From contig CAVPSJ010000017.1 of assembly GCA_963708295.1 (NCBI GenBank), positions 128,001-192,000 on the forward strand: DNA of 64,000 bases. The letters are read 5' to 3'. The position numbers and the translations under genes are program-made. The notes beneath the pieces were generated by a model. That model made no database searches. It saw only the letters and a list, made by a program, of their open reading frames with translations, and was not told the origin of the DNA. Position 1 is the first letter of the stretch. The number at the start of each line of letters is the position of its first letter. This document shows positions 52,237 through 61,614 of the stretch, in pieces. Source of the stretch: an uncultured delta proteobacterium (GTDB taxonomy: Bacteria > Desulfobacterota > BSN033 > UBA1163).

Positions 52237-52430
52237 TAGAGCGCATAGCGCATAGGGCATGGCGTAAGAACCCACCCGCGAATTGACGTCTGCTCACCTT
52301 TCAGAGTAAAGGAATCCTTTGATTTAAGCCTATTTTTCCGGTAAAATAGTTGTAAATAGCCAGGAAGGCGATTTTCCGAGCTATTTAACTTTATAATCGC
52401 TATGCGCTTAGCGCTATGCTCTATGCGTGG
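52237..52430. repeat. Inverted heptamer repeat arrays flanking a spacer
   Basis: (GCATAGC)n at 52240-52263 and (GCTATGC)n at 52398-52426. Confidence 0.7.
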
Positions 52431-52439
52431 TATTGAGAG

Positions 52440-52901
52440 ATGGGCGAAAAGGTGATTTGCCAGAACAGAAAGGCGTTTCATAACTACTCCATTGAGGAGA
52501 CTTACCAGGCCGGGGTTATCCTTCTTGGGTCGGAGGTTAAATCCTTGCGCGAGGGAAAGGTGAGCCTCGGGGACAGTTACGGTGATATCAAAAGGAGCGA
52601 GGTCTTTCTGGTTGACGCTCATATCAGCCCTTATCCCCAGGCAAACAGACTGAATCACGAGCCGTTGAGGACGAGGAAACTCCTCCTTCACAAAAAGGAG
52701 ATCAAACGCCTCATCGGCAAGGTGGAACAGAGGGGCTATACGCTGATTCCGATCAAGCTCTACTTCGTCGATGGAAAGGTCAAGGTGGATCTCGCTCTCG
52801 CAAAGGGGAAAAAACTTTTTGATAAGAGGGAGACGCTCAAGAAGAAAACCATGGAACGTGAGATGGAAAGGGGGCGAAAAGGGTTCGACGGGGATCGTTG
52901 A
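52440..52901 (+). CDS. smpB: SsrA-binding protein
   Basis: NRKAFHNY, GSEVKSLR, RKLLLHKKEI, KGKKLFDKR. Confidence 0.97.
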   Translation: MGEKVICQNRKAFHNYSIEETYQAGVILLGSEVKSLREGKVSLGDSYGDIKRSEVFLVDAHISPYPQANRLNHEPLRTRKLLLHKKEIKRLIGKVEQRGYTLIPIKLYFVDGKVKVDLALAKGKKLFDKRETLKKKTMEREMERGRKGFDGDR

Positions 52902-53225
52902 CGTCAGGGCTGCATACCGAGGTCCCATTGGCTCGTTAAACAAATGGGATTAAACATAATCGCAAACAACTACGATTATGCCCTGGCTGCCTAAGCGCAG
53001 CTAGGCGTCCTCCCTGTCCTTGCCTGTAGGGCAGGATCAGGATGTCAGAAAAACAGGATAGTCCCTCTCCGAATCCTATAGAAGAGGGGCGAAACCTAAT
53101 AGGATAGTCTCTCGGGAATCCTGCCTGTGGGAGCCCTGAAGGACGAACTCAAAATACAGGCTATGTATGTAGATGTTCTGTCGGAAGGTTCTCGGACGCG
53201 GGTTCGATTCCCGCCGCCTCCACCA
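52870..53225 (+). ncRNA. ssrA: tmRNA; tag ANNYDYALAA
   Basis: 5' GGGGGCGAAAAGGGTTCGAC; 3' GGGTTCGATTCCCGCCGCCTCCACCA; tag ORF 52962-52994. Confidence 0.96.
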
Positions 53226-53235
53226 ATTTTAAATT

Positions 53236-53270
53236 AAAAAAGCCCCAATGATCTTCGGGGCTTTTTATTT
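53236..53270 (+). terminator. Rho-independent terminator after ssrA
   Basis: AAAAAGCCCC...GGGGCTTTTT. Confidence 0.8.
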
Positions 53271-53736
53271 TTGATCCTCTCAAAATTTCGTTTTCCGGAC
53301 GCTTTCCAACCCACAGAAATCTTCCTTCTTTGTCAATCCTTCACCTTGCGATCATTTTCCAATTGTCTCCCCATAATTTTATTAAAAGATGGGGAACGTC
53401 AAGGGCGCGGGTGATGGAGAAAAATAATAAGGGTTAGAAGGTAAGATTTACTTATTGTAACGCTGAATATTGGTCTGCAAGCATTGCCAATGCTTCTTGA
53501 GTTGTTCCTGAAATCAGTAAAGAGCCTCTCTTTCTTTCCAATGCAGATTTCAACCAGATATCTTTAGTTTAGTCAAAGTGCAGGAATAGGCAAGATAGGT
53601 TCATCTTCAAAGCCCCGAAACCACCGAGACCTCGGGCTGTGGAAAAAACTCCCTTCCTTGTTTCCCCCTTGCTAAGATTTTCTTTTATCTGCCTTTGACC
53701 TGATACAATTTGCTTTCGCTAGAGGACTCTGCTCGC

Positions 53737-53765
53737 TTGACAAGGGCAAGCCCTGGTCATATGAT
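53737..53765 (+). promoter_or_regulatory. sigma70 promoter
   Basis: TTGACA-17 nt-TATGAT. Confidence 0.65.
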
Positions 53766-53809
53766 ACGATGGTGTTTGTGCTCATACAATCAAATCAAGG
53801 AGATCCGAT

Positions 53810-54451
53810 ATGAAAGTAGCAATCGTTGGAGCTACTGGGTATGTAGGTTCACGCGTGCTTTCTGAAGCATTGAATCGTGGACACCGGGTGACCGCGATCG
53901 TACGCAGCCCAGAAAAATTGCCCCAACATTCTCAACTCAGCGCGGCAAAATGTGATGTGTCCAATGAGGACGCCGTCGCAGAGGTCGTTAAGGGACATGC
54001 TGCCGTGATTAGTGCTTTCAACCCGAGCCGGCTAAGTCGCGATAACAACAAACCTCAGATTGAAACCATACGGTCTCTCATTGCCGGAATGAAAAGAGCC
54101 GCGGTCAAACGGTTGTTAGTCGTGGGCGGAGCTGGGAGCCTGGAGGTCGCTCCGGGCCTGCAGTTGGTGGATACCCCGGATTTCCCCGCGATCTGGAAAC
54201 CGGGTTCTCTGGCTACTCGTGAAGTGCTCAACATCCTGCGCGGTGAGCAAGAGCTGGAATGGTCTTTTCTGAGCCCTTCAGCCGTTCTGGAGCCTGGTCA
54301 ACGGACCGGCCATTTTCGCCTGGGCACTGACCAGCTGCTCGCCGACAGTACCGGCCAGAGCAAGATCTCCCTTGAAGATTATGCAATGGCGATGATCGAT
54401 GAACTGGAGAACCCGAAGCACATCCGCCTGCGTTTTACGGTAGGTTACTAA
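53810..54451 (+). CDS. NAD(P)-dependent oxidoreductase (NAD(P)H-binding/flavin reductase-like)
   Basis: GATGYVG, VVGGAGSL, ISLEDYA, RFTVGY. Confidence 0.88.
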   Translation: MKVAIVGATGYVGSRVLSEALNRGHRVTAIVRSPEKLPQHSQLSAAKCDVSNEDAVAEVVKGHAAVISAFNPSRLSRDNNKPQIETIRSLIAGMKRAAVKRLLVVGGAGSLEVAPGLQLVDTPDFPAIWKPGSLATREVLNILRGEQELEWSFLSPSAVLEPGQRTGHFRLGTDQLLADSTGQSKISLEDYAMAMIDELENPKHIRLRFTVGY

Positions 54452-54490
54452 CCTCTGCGTATACAAAAACATAAAAAGGAGGAGAAGGCA

Positions 54491-55483
54491 ATGAGAGAAG
54501 TTGGATGGAAGATGCTTGAGGAAATATTCCGTATATTTTTTATCCTTTTTCTATTCATCCCGTTTTTGGAAGTTGCCTGGGCCGCGAGTCCTAACTATCC
54601 GAATCATCCGATTAGCTTGGTTGTTCCTTATCCTCCCGGGGGCGTGACGGACCTGGCGGCACGCGCTTACGCGGAAGCGCTGGAAAAGCAATTAAACCAG
54701 CCCGTCGTGGTGGCGAATAAGACCGGCGGAGCGAGCATCATGGGGGGCAGCTTTGTGGTGAATTCAAAACCGGATGGGTATACCCTGGGTTATCTTCCTT
54801 TTCACACGGCGGTTCCAGAAGTGTACAGCTACTTTTTGGATGCTCCGTATTCGAGCAAAGAGCTGAGACCGATCTGTACCGTTACCGAAGGGATCACGGC
54901 AGTGGTCGTCAGAGCGGATGCATCCTGGAAGACCCTGAAAGATCTAGTGGAGTTCGGCAAAAAAAATCCCGGCTTGAAATTCGGGTGCGCCGGCAAGAAT
55001 TCACCACCCTACATGTTCGCTGCAAACCTGGATCGGCAGGAGAAGTTGCGATTTCTCTATGTTCCTTATAACGGCGACCCTGATGTGATGCTGGCGCTCC
55101 TCGGCGGGCATGTCGATCTTGCCCTCGTGATCTATACTTCGGCCAAATCCCTCGCGGACGGCAAGAAAGCCAGAATCCTTGCCGTCGGTTCCAAAACCAG
55201 ATTGGAATTTGCCCGTGACATTCCCACGGTCCTCGAATTCGGCTACAAATTGCCCCCTCCGTCTCCCCAGGGTGTCTATGGGCCAAAAGGAACGCCGGAT
55301 GAAGTGGTCAGGGTAATCAATGAAGCGAGCCGAAAGGTTGTTGACCAGGCGGACTTTCGGGCTAAGATTAACACCATCGGCGTGCCGTTGATTTTCCAGG
55401 ATACGGCTACTATTGAAAAATCGAATCTTCAAGTGAAGGAAGAGATATACGGATTCTTTAAGGAGGAAGGACTCATCAAGTAA
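54491..55483 (+). CDS. tctC: Tct substrate-binding protein
   Basis: VVPYPPGGVTD, KPDGYTL, VPYNG, LLGGHVD. Confidence 0.92.
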   Translation: MREVGWKMLEEIFRIFFILFLFIPFLEVAWAASPNYPNHPISLVVPYPPGGVTDLAARAYAEALEKQLNQPVVVANKTGGASIMGGSFVVNSKPDGYTLGYLPFHTAVPEVYSYFLDAPYSSKELRPICTVTEGITAVVVRADASWKTLKDLVEFGKKNPGLKFGCAGKNSPPYMFAANLDRQEKLRFLYVPYNGDPDVMLALLGGHVDLALVIYTSAKSLADGKKARILAVGSKTRLEFARDIPTVLEFGYKLPPPSPQGVYGPKGTPDEVVRVINEASRKVVDQADFRAKINTIGVPLIFQDTATIEKSNLQVKEEIYGFFKEEGLIK

Positions 55484-55588
55484 GGAAGGAAAGAGCGGAT
55501 GATCATGTATAGGACTCGGCTCCTGGAGTAAACCCCGGTATGGCCGCGAAACATTTTTGGGCACAAAAAGAGAAAAGGAGGAAAAGCG

Positions 55589-56581
55589 ATGAAAGAAGTT
55601 GGATGGAAGATATGGGGTGGAATATTCGGTGTATTCTTTTTCCTTTTTCTAATCATTCCAGTCGGGAATGAAGCTGGGGCAGCGGGCATTAAGTATCCGG
55701 ATCGTCCGATCACGATCGTGGTTCCCTATCCTCCAGGTGGAAGTACTGACCTCGCCGCACGCGTCTGGGCAGATGGCTTGGAAAAGATTCTAAAACAACC
55801 TGTGGTCGTGACCAATAAGGTGGGCGGAGCCAGCACGGTTGGCGGCAACTTCGTGGCTCTCGCGAAGCCCGATGGATATACCTTGGGCTACCTTCCTTTC
55901 CATACAGCCACGCCCGAGGCCTACAGCTACTTTATGGATGCTCCATACTCAAGCAAGGACTTCAAGCCCATCTGTACCGTCACCGCGGGAATCGCTGCAA
56001 TCGTCGTCAAAGCGGACGCGCCTTGGAACAGTCTGAAAGAGTTTGTTGAGTTTGCGAAGAAGAACCCGGGGTTGAAATGCGGGACCTCCGGAAAAGCGAC
56101 CCCTCCGTACAGGCTTGTGGGAAAGCTGGACCGGCAGGAGAAGCTGGGTCTTGTGCATGTCCCGTTCCAGGGAGATGCTGAGGTTTGCCTGGGACTCCTG
56201 GGCGACCATATCAGCATCGCCTCCCTGATCTATGCAGCGGGAAAATCCTTGGCGGACGGCAAGAAAATTAAATTCCTTGCAGTGAGCACCAAGAAAAGAC
56301 TCGACTTTGCCCCCAATATCCCGACGGTCAACGAAAGCGGTTATCCCTCCTATTCCCCCGATCCCCAGGCGGTATACGGACCCAAGGGAACACCCGACGA
56401 GGTGGTAAAGATCATCAGTGATGCGACTCGAAAAATCGTTGAACAGCCAGAATATCGGACGAAGGTTCACAGTCTTGGGGTTCTTGTCAATTATGAAGAC
56501 GCCGCTACCATCGAGAAGGCTAATGTTCAGGTTAAGGACGAAATACAAACCTTCTTTAAAGAAGAAGGATTGGTAAAATGA
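55589..56581 (+). CDS. tctC: Tct substrate-binding protein, tandem paralogue
   Basis: VVPYPPGGSTD, KPDGYTL; similar to preceding gene throughout. Confidence 0.92.
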   Translation: MKEVGWKIWGGIFGVFFFLFLIIPVGNEAGAAGIKYPDRPITIVVPYPPGGSTDLAARVWADGLEKILKQPVVVTNKVGGASTVGGNFVALAKPDGYTLGYLPFHTATPEAYSYFMDAPYSSKDFKPICTVTAGIAAIVVKADAPWNSLKEFVEFAKKNPGLKCGTSGKATPPYRLVGKLDRQEKLGLVHVPFQGDAEVCLGLLGDHISIASLIYAAGKSLADGKKIKFLAVSTKKRLDFAPNIPTVNESGYPSYSPDPQAVYGPKGTPDEVVKIISDATRKIVEQPEYRTKVHSLGVLVNYEDAATIEKANVQVKDEIQTFFKEEGLVK

Positions 56582-56601
56582 GGTGATGGAAGCTTAGGAT
56601 C

Positions 56602-57081
56602 ATGATCCGGAAAGGAAAGAGGGAGGGGTTTTTCTGGTTCGGAATCGGGATGATTATCTGCATTCTTGGTTGGAAGATTGGGTTAGGATCCTTCCAAGAA
56701 CCGGGATCCGGGTTTATCGCCTTTCTTTCGGGACTGCTGATCTGCATTCTTGGGTTATTGATTGTCCTTCCGAAAGAATCTCCGAAAAGCCTTCTTGAGG
56801 CTCACTCCGGTTTTCGTCGGGCATTCCGCGGAGCCCCCGTGTTTCTGCTTCTTCTTACCGTCGGAGTCCTTCTGGGTTACGGCATCTTTCTCGAGATTTT
56901 GGGTTACAATTTAACAACATTCTTAGTCATGTGGGCGCTTTTTTATCTCTTTTATGAGAAAGGAAAGCGCCGCATCGTATGGAGTGCTTTAGCCTCCTTC
57001 GCAACGGCGGGTGTGACCTACCTGGTGTTTGAGGTTTGGCTTCGCTCTCAACTGCCTCGCGGCATTTTCCCTTGGTGGTGA
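56602..57081 (+). CDS. tctB: Tct small membrane subunit
   Basis: EPGSGF, four TMs, LPRG end. Confidence 0.85.
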   Translation: MIRKGKREGFFWFGIGMIICILGWKIGLGSFQEPGSGFIAFLSGLLICILGLLIVLPKESPKSLLEAHSGFRRAFRGAPVFLLLLTVGVLLGYGIFLEILGYNLTTFLVMWALFYLFYEKGKRRIVWSALASFATAGVTYLVFEVWLRSQLPRGIFPWW

Positions 57082-57089
57082 AATTCCCC

Positions 57090-58592
57090 ATGGACATCCT
57101 TCACTATCTGTTCTATGGATTCGGCGTTGCCCTTCAGCCGATGAACCTGCTGTTATGCTTTATTGGAGTCTTCATCGGGACTTTGGTTGGAGTGCTTCCT
57201 GGCATTGGTCCTCCGGGTGCAATGGCCTTACTGCTTCCTGTTACCTATGGGATCTCGCCAGTGGGCGCCATCATCATGCTGGCAGGAATCTTCTATGGCG
57301 CGATGTACGGAGGGTCGACGACATCGATCCTGGTCAACATTCCAGGAGAGGCGGCTTCAGTGATCACCTGCATTGATGGGCACCAGATGGCTCTCCAGGG
57401 CAGGGCAGGCCCGGCTCTTGGAATTTCAGCTTTTGGTTCGTTCATTTCAGGCACGGTTGGCCTCGTGGGGCTCATGCTTATCTGTAACCCCTTGGCTGAG
57501 ATCGCGGTCAAGTTTGGTTCCGCGGAATACTTTTCCCTCATGTGTCTGGGGATGATCATTTTGATTTACCTGACTCAAGGATCAATCCTGCGAGGAATGA
57601 TGATGGCAGGGGTTGGGCTCTTCTTGAGCCTCATAGGGCAGGATATTGTAACAGGGAGGGCCCGCTTGACGTTCGGACTTGTTGGATTCCTTGACGGTAT
57701 CGGTTTGATTCCCATGGTCATGGGTCTTTATGGGGTTGCTGATATCCTTCTCAATCTTGAAAAAGTGGCTGAAAGAACAATTACCAAAGTAAGAACCCAG
57801 AGTATACTCCCTACCAAAGAGGACTGGCGAAGGTCTGCTTGGCCTATTGGCAGGGGAACACTCATTGGTTTCTTTCTCGGAATCCTTCCGGGTGGGGGTA
57901 TCATCCTGTCCACTTTTGCTTCCTATATTGTAGAAAAGAAACTCTCCAAACACCCCGAGCAATTCGGCAAAGGGGCTATCGAAGGAGTGGCAGGTCCGGA
58001 GGCAGCAAACAATGCAGCTTCGAGTGGATCGTTCATTCCCTTGTTTGCTTTGGGAATTCCGCCGAATGTCATTATTGCACTACTTCTTGGGGCATTGATG
58101 CTTCACGGAATTCAGCCGGGGCCCTTGCTGTTTACTGACCATCCGGAGATATTCTGGGGAACGGTGGCGAGCATGTATATAGGGAATGCCATGCTGTTAG
58201 CCCTGAACCTGCCCCTCATCGGAATGTGGGTCCAAATATTGAAGATCCCTTATAAGACGCTTTTCCCGTTGATCCTGCTTTTTTGTCTCATCGGGGTATA
58301 CTGCGCGAGCGGGAATGTTTTTGACATCTATGTCATGGTTGTCTTCGGAGTGTTGGGCTATGTCATGCAGAAACTAGGCTATGAGCCAGCCCCTTTGGTG
58401 ATGTCCTTTGTGCTGGGCCCTCTATTGGAGAAAAATCTGCGCCAAGCGTTGATTATGTCAGGGGGAAGCATGAAGATCTTTGTGAGTCGTCCAATATCCG
58501 CCGTAACATTGCTGATAGCTCTGTTTATCGTCGTTTCTGCCACGATCCCGGCTCTCCAGAGAAGGCGAAGGAAAGTAATCACAGAAGAATAG
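57090..58592 (+). CDS. tctA: Tct large permease
   Basis: GTLVGVLPGIG, YGGSTTSILVNIPGE, GPEAANNA. Confidence 0.95.
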   Translation: MDILHYLFYGFGVALQPMNLLLCFIGVFIGTLVGVLPGIGPPGAMALLLPVTYGISPVGAIIMLAGIFYGAMYGGSTTSILVNIPGEAASVITCIDGHQMALQGRAGPALGISAFGSFISGTVGLVGLMLICNPLAEIAVKFGSAEYFSLMCLGMIILIYLTQGSILRGMMMAGVGLFLSLIGQDIVTGRARLTFGLVGFLDGIGLIPMVMGLYGVADILLNLEKVAERTITKVRTQSILPTKEDWRRSAWPIGRGTLIGFFLGILPGGGIILSTFASYIVEKKLSKHPEQFGKGAIEGVAGPEAANNAASSGSFIPLFALGIPPNVIIALLLGALMLHGIQPGPLLFTDHPEIFWGTVASMYIGNAMLLALNLPLIGMWVQILKIPYKTLFPLILLFCLIGVYCASGNVFDIYVMVVFGVLGYVMQKLGYEPAPLVMSFVLGPLLEKNLRQALIMSGGSMKIFVSRPISAVTLLIALFIVVSATIPALQRRRRKVITEE

Positions 58593-58748
58593 GGAGAAGA
58601 TTTTGGAGGCAATCTTTCACGACGACTGCGTCACTCCGAGAACAATGAAAATTCGTATTTGCCGAAGGTTTTATGTTACCAATGAGGTACTAACGCTCAC
58701 GCTGATACAGGCAGGTTTACTTTCTGAACAATTTCTGAAGAGGGAAAG

Positions 58749-60467
58749 ATGGTGAACGAAATAGAAACGGACGTGCTCGTTGTAGGGGGAGGTGCATCTG
58801 GAGTGAGGGCAGCCCTCGAAGCTCATCGCGCTGGCGCTAAGGTAACTCTGGTGGTAAAGGGAGAGCTTGGAGTGACTGGGGTGAGAGGAGCTGGTGCTAC
58901 GGGCTCAGGCGCAGCGAGATACTTGCATCTGTTTAACAGCATGACGAAACATTCTTCGATCAAAGAGGAAGTGGAGAGCTACTATCACCGGGCGATACGG
59001 GCCGGCCTGGGGATAGCGAATAGAGATTTGGTAAGGATCCTCGTCAACGGGGCAAGTGAAGCGAAGCAAGCCTTAGATCAATGGGGCCTGCTCCTTGGGT
59101 CTGACAACCCGGATAATCCCCACGGGATTGAGAGCATCATCACGCCCATGCCCGGCCTTGCAAATGTGGTCAGGGCAACCAAAGAGATCAATATCCTGCA
59201 ACATATGATGGTCGCGGGTTTGCTCACCGAGCAGAATGTCTGTCGGGGGGCCACAGCGGTGAACGAGGAGACCGGTGATCTCTTCGTGCTGAAAGCAGGA
59301 GCAATCATCCTCGCGACCGGAGGCTGTGCCCAGTTATTCAGGCTTAGTTTTCACCCTTCCTGCATCACAGGAGATGGATACGCACTGGGTTACGAGGCCG
59401 GAGCTCAGTTGATGAATATGGAGTTCGAACAAATGTTCATTGCAACGGCCTATCCGGCCGTAACCATGGCCCCCTATCCAGTCTGGGGTTTGCATCCCAG
59501 AGTGCTCAATGTTAATCGAGAGGAGTTTATTCAAAACTATCTTCCGAAAGGAATAACGATTGATGAGTGCATGGATAGGAAGATGACCCACGGTCCATTC
59601 AGCACCAGGGATGCATCCAAGTACCTCGATATCGCAATGGTGAAGGAGACGCAGGCTGGACATGCGAATGAGCACAACGCCTTCTATTTGGAAGTCCCTG
59701 ACAGAGTGAAAAGGAATCCAGAACTCTTATTTCCGGAGTTCGAAGACTGGTACGCCTATCGAGGGGTCGATTTTAGAAGAGACTATGTCGAGATAAATGT
59801 TGCCCATCAATGCTCCAATGGGGGCCTAAAGATTGATGAGAATGGGCAGACGACCGTGTCAGGGCTTTATGCGGTAGGGGAGTCAGCAACAGGGGCCTAT
59901 GGAGCCGACAGACTGGGGGGTGCCATGATGACGTCCTGTCAAGTATTCGGCGCAAGGGCAGGAAGACACGCTGCCTCAATTGCCAAGGCTCGGGGCGCCT
60001 CTCCTATCGGTAGAGATCTCTTGGAGAGTAAGCTGGAGGGGATTCTCAGCCTCAAGAAAACGAAAGGCGGCCAGAATCCTTCTAAGGTGAAAGAGGTTCT
60101 TCAGAAAACCGCCTGGGAAAACCTCCTTGTTGTCAGGTCTGATGAGAGCCTGAATCAAATCCTTCAAGAGATCGCTCGGATGAGGAATGATGTTTGCCCT
60201 CGTCTCTCAATTGAAAACGGACGCGATCTCATCGCTGCTCTGGAGCTTAGGAACTTGTTACTTGTTGGAGAGATCGTTGCCAATGCGGGTCTGAAGCGGA
60301 CGGAGTCGAGAGGAAGTCACTACCGCGAGGATTATCCAGAGCGAGATGACTCCAACTGGCAGCGGGCCATGACGGTCAGAAAAGTCGATGGAGGGATGCA
60401 GTTCGATACCCTGAACGTCGATGATCAATGGAAGAGAGACGAAGCAGAATTGGGGTGGTGGGGATAG
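58749..60467 (+). CDS. FAD-dependent oxidoreductase, SdhA/FrdA/NadB superfamily
   Basis: GGGASG, LATGG, TGDG, GLYAVGE, GADRLGG, RTESRGSHYREDYP. Confidence 0.88.
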   Translation: MVNEIETDVLVVGGGASGVRAALEAHRAGAKVTLVVKGELGVTGVRGAGATGSGAARYLHLFNSMTKHSSIKEEVESYYHRAIRAGLGIANRDLVRILVNGASEAKQALDQWGLLLGSDNPDNPHGIESIITPMPGLANVVRATKEINILQHMMVAGLLTEQNVCRGATAVNEETGDLFVLKAGAIILATGGCAQLFRLSFHPSCITGDGYALGYEAGAQLMNMEFEQMFIATAYPAVTMAPYPVWGLHPRVLNVNREEFIQNYLPKGITIDECMDRKMTHGPFSTRDASKYLDIAMVKETQAGHANEHNAFYLEVPDRVKRNPELLFPEFEDWYAYRGVDFRRDYVEINVAHQCSNGGLKIDENGQTTVSGLYAVGESATGAYGADRLGGAMMTSCQVFGARAGRHAASIAKARGASPIGRDLLESKLEGILSLKKTKGGQNPSKVKEVLQKTAWENLLVVRSDESLNQILQEIARMRNDVCPRLSIENGRDLIAALELRNLLLVGEIVANAGLKRTESRGSHYREDYPERDDSNWQRAMTVRKVDGGMQFDTLNVDDQWKRDEAELGWWG

Positions 60468-60478
60468 AGGGACTTTAC

Positions 60479-61613
60479 ATGGTCAATGCAGGGGCATCAC
60501 AGGAACTTGACGCCAAGGTGATCAAGGCAGGTCTTTGTACAGCTGTGTGGCGCCTGTGTCGGAACTTGTCCTTACATGGTAGCCTATGAAGGGAGGGTTC
60601 TCCTGAGGGATGTCTGTGATCTGCCTCAAGGGCGGTGCCAGTCTGCTTGCCCAAGAATTTCGCTTGATCTGGATCATCTGAGCAGGGTCGCTTTTGGGGT
60701 TCCGTATTCTGATGACGATCTGGGAACGGTAGTCCGGGTCATGATGGCCCGGACAACGGACTCGGTCGTCAAAGCAAGGGCACAGGATGGCGGCGCCGTA
60801 ACAACGCTGATAAGTTTTGCTCTTGAGGAAGGGTGGATTGACTCCGCAATCCTGACCGGGTTCGAGGACAAGTCATGGCCCAGGGGGGTCATCGCTTCAA
60901 ATAGCAAGCAGGCACTCGAGTGCTCTGGATCAAGCTATCTAGCCGCCCCGACGGTTGAGTCCTATAATCGCGCCATCCAGGATATGAATTGTCGGAGCGT
61001 CGGTTTTGTGGGTACGCCATGCCAGGTGATGGCTTTGGCCAAGATGCGAACAGCCCCCACGGAGATGACTCAAGGCGTGGACAAACTCAAACTGGTGATA
61101 GGGCTTTTTTGCACGTGGGCCCTTTCTTATCCTGATTTCGGAAGGTTTCTCCAGAGAAGAATTTCAGACCCTGTCGTCAAGTACGAAGTTCCTCCGCATC
61201 CAGCAAATGCTTTGTTCGCTTTTACGGAAAAGGAGCGCATTTCCTTTCCCATTGATGAAGTCCTGCCGTTTGTCAGGCCTGCCTGTCGCCTTTGCCTCGA
61301 TCTGACTGCTGAATTTGCGGACATTTCTGTCGGGGGCGGCCGTGGTGAGGTATTGAATTGGAACACCGTTGTCATACGTACCGAAAAGGGGATGAGGCTC
61401 GTTGATTCAGCTGTCAGGAAGGGCGTCATTGAGACAGCGCCGATCCCCGAGGGAAACTTGAGCCGCCTGAAGGCAGCCGCCTATAACAAAAAGAAGAGAG
61501 CCATCGGAAATATCATCCAAAGGACAGGTTCTGCGGACGACCTTTTGTACCTGAAAGGGAAGCCTGGGATTATCAAGCGGTTGGTCGCGGAATACAAGGA
61601 AGGGAATCTTTAA
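60479..61613 (+). CDS. F420 hydrogenase/dehydrogenase beta subunit (FrhB/FdhB) family Fe-S protein; frameshift near 60545
   Basis: Repaired CTACGACVGTCP; AQDGGAVT, VGTPCQ, IGLFCTW, ACRLCLD, ADISVG. Confidence 0.85.
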
Positions 61614-61614
61614 G

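Noticed and set aside
53226-53800. Genomic island integrated at ssrA
   Set aside because: No integrase and no duplicated tmRNA 3' end within the window
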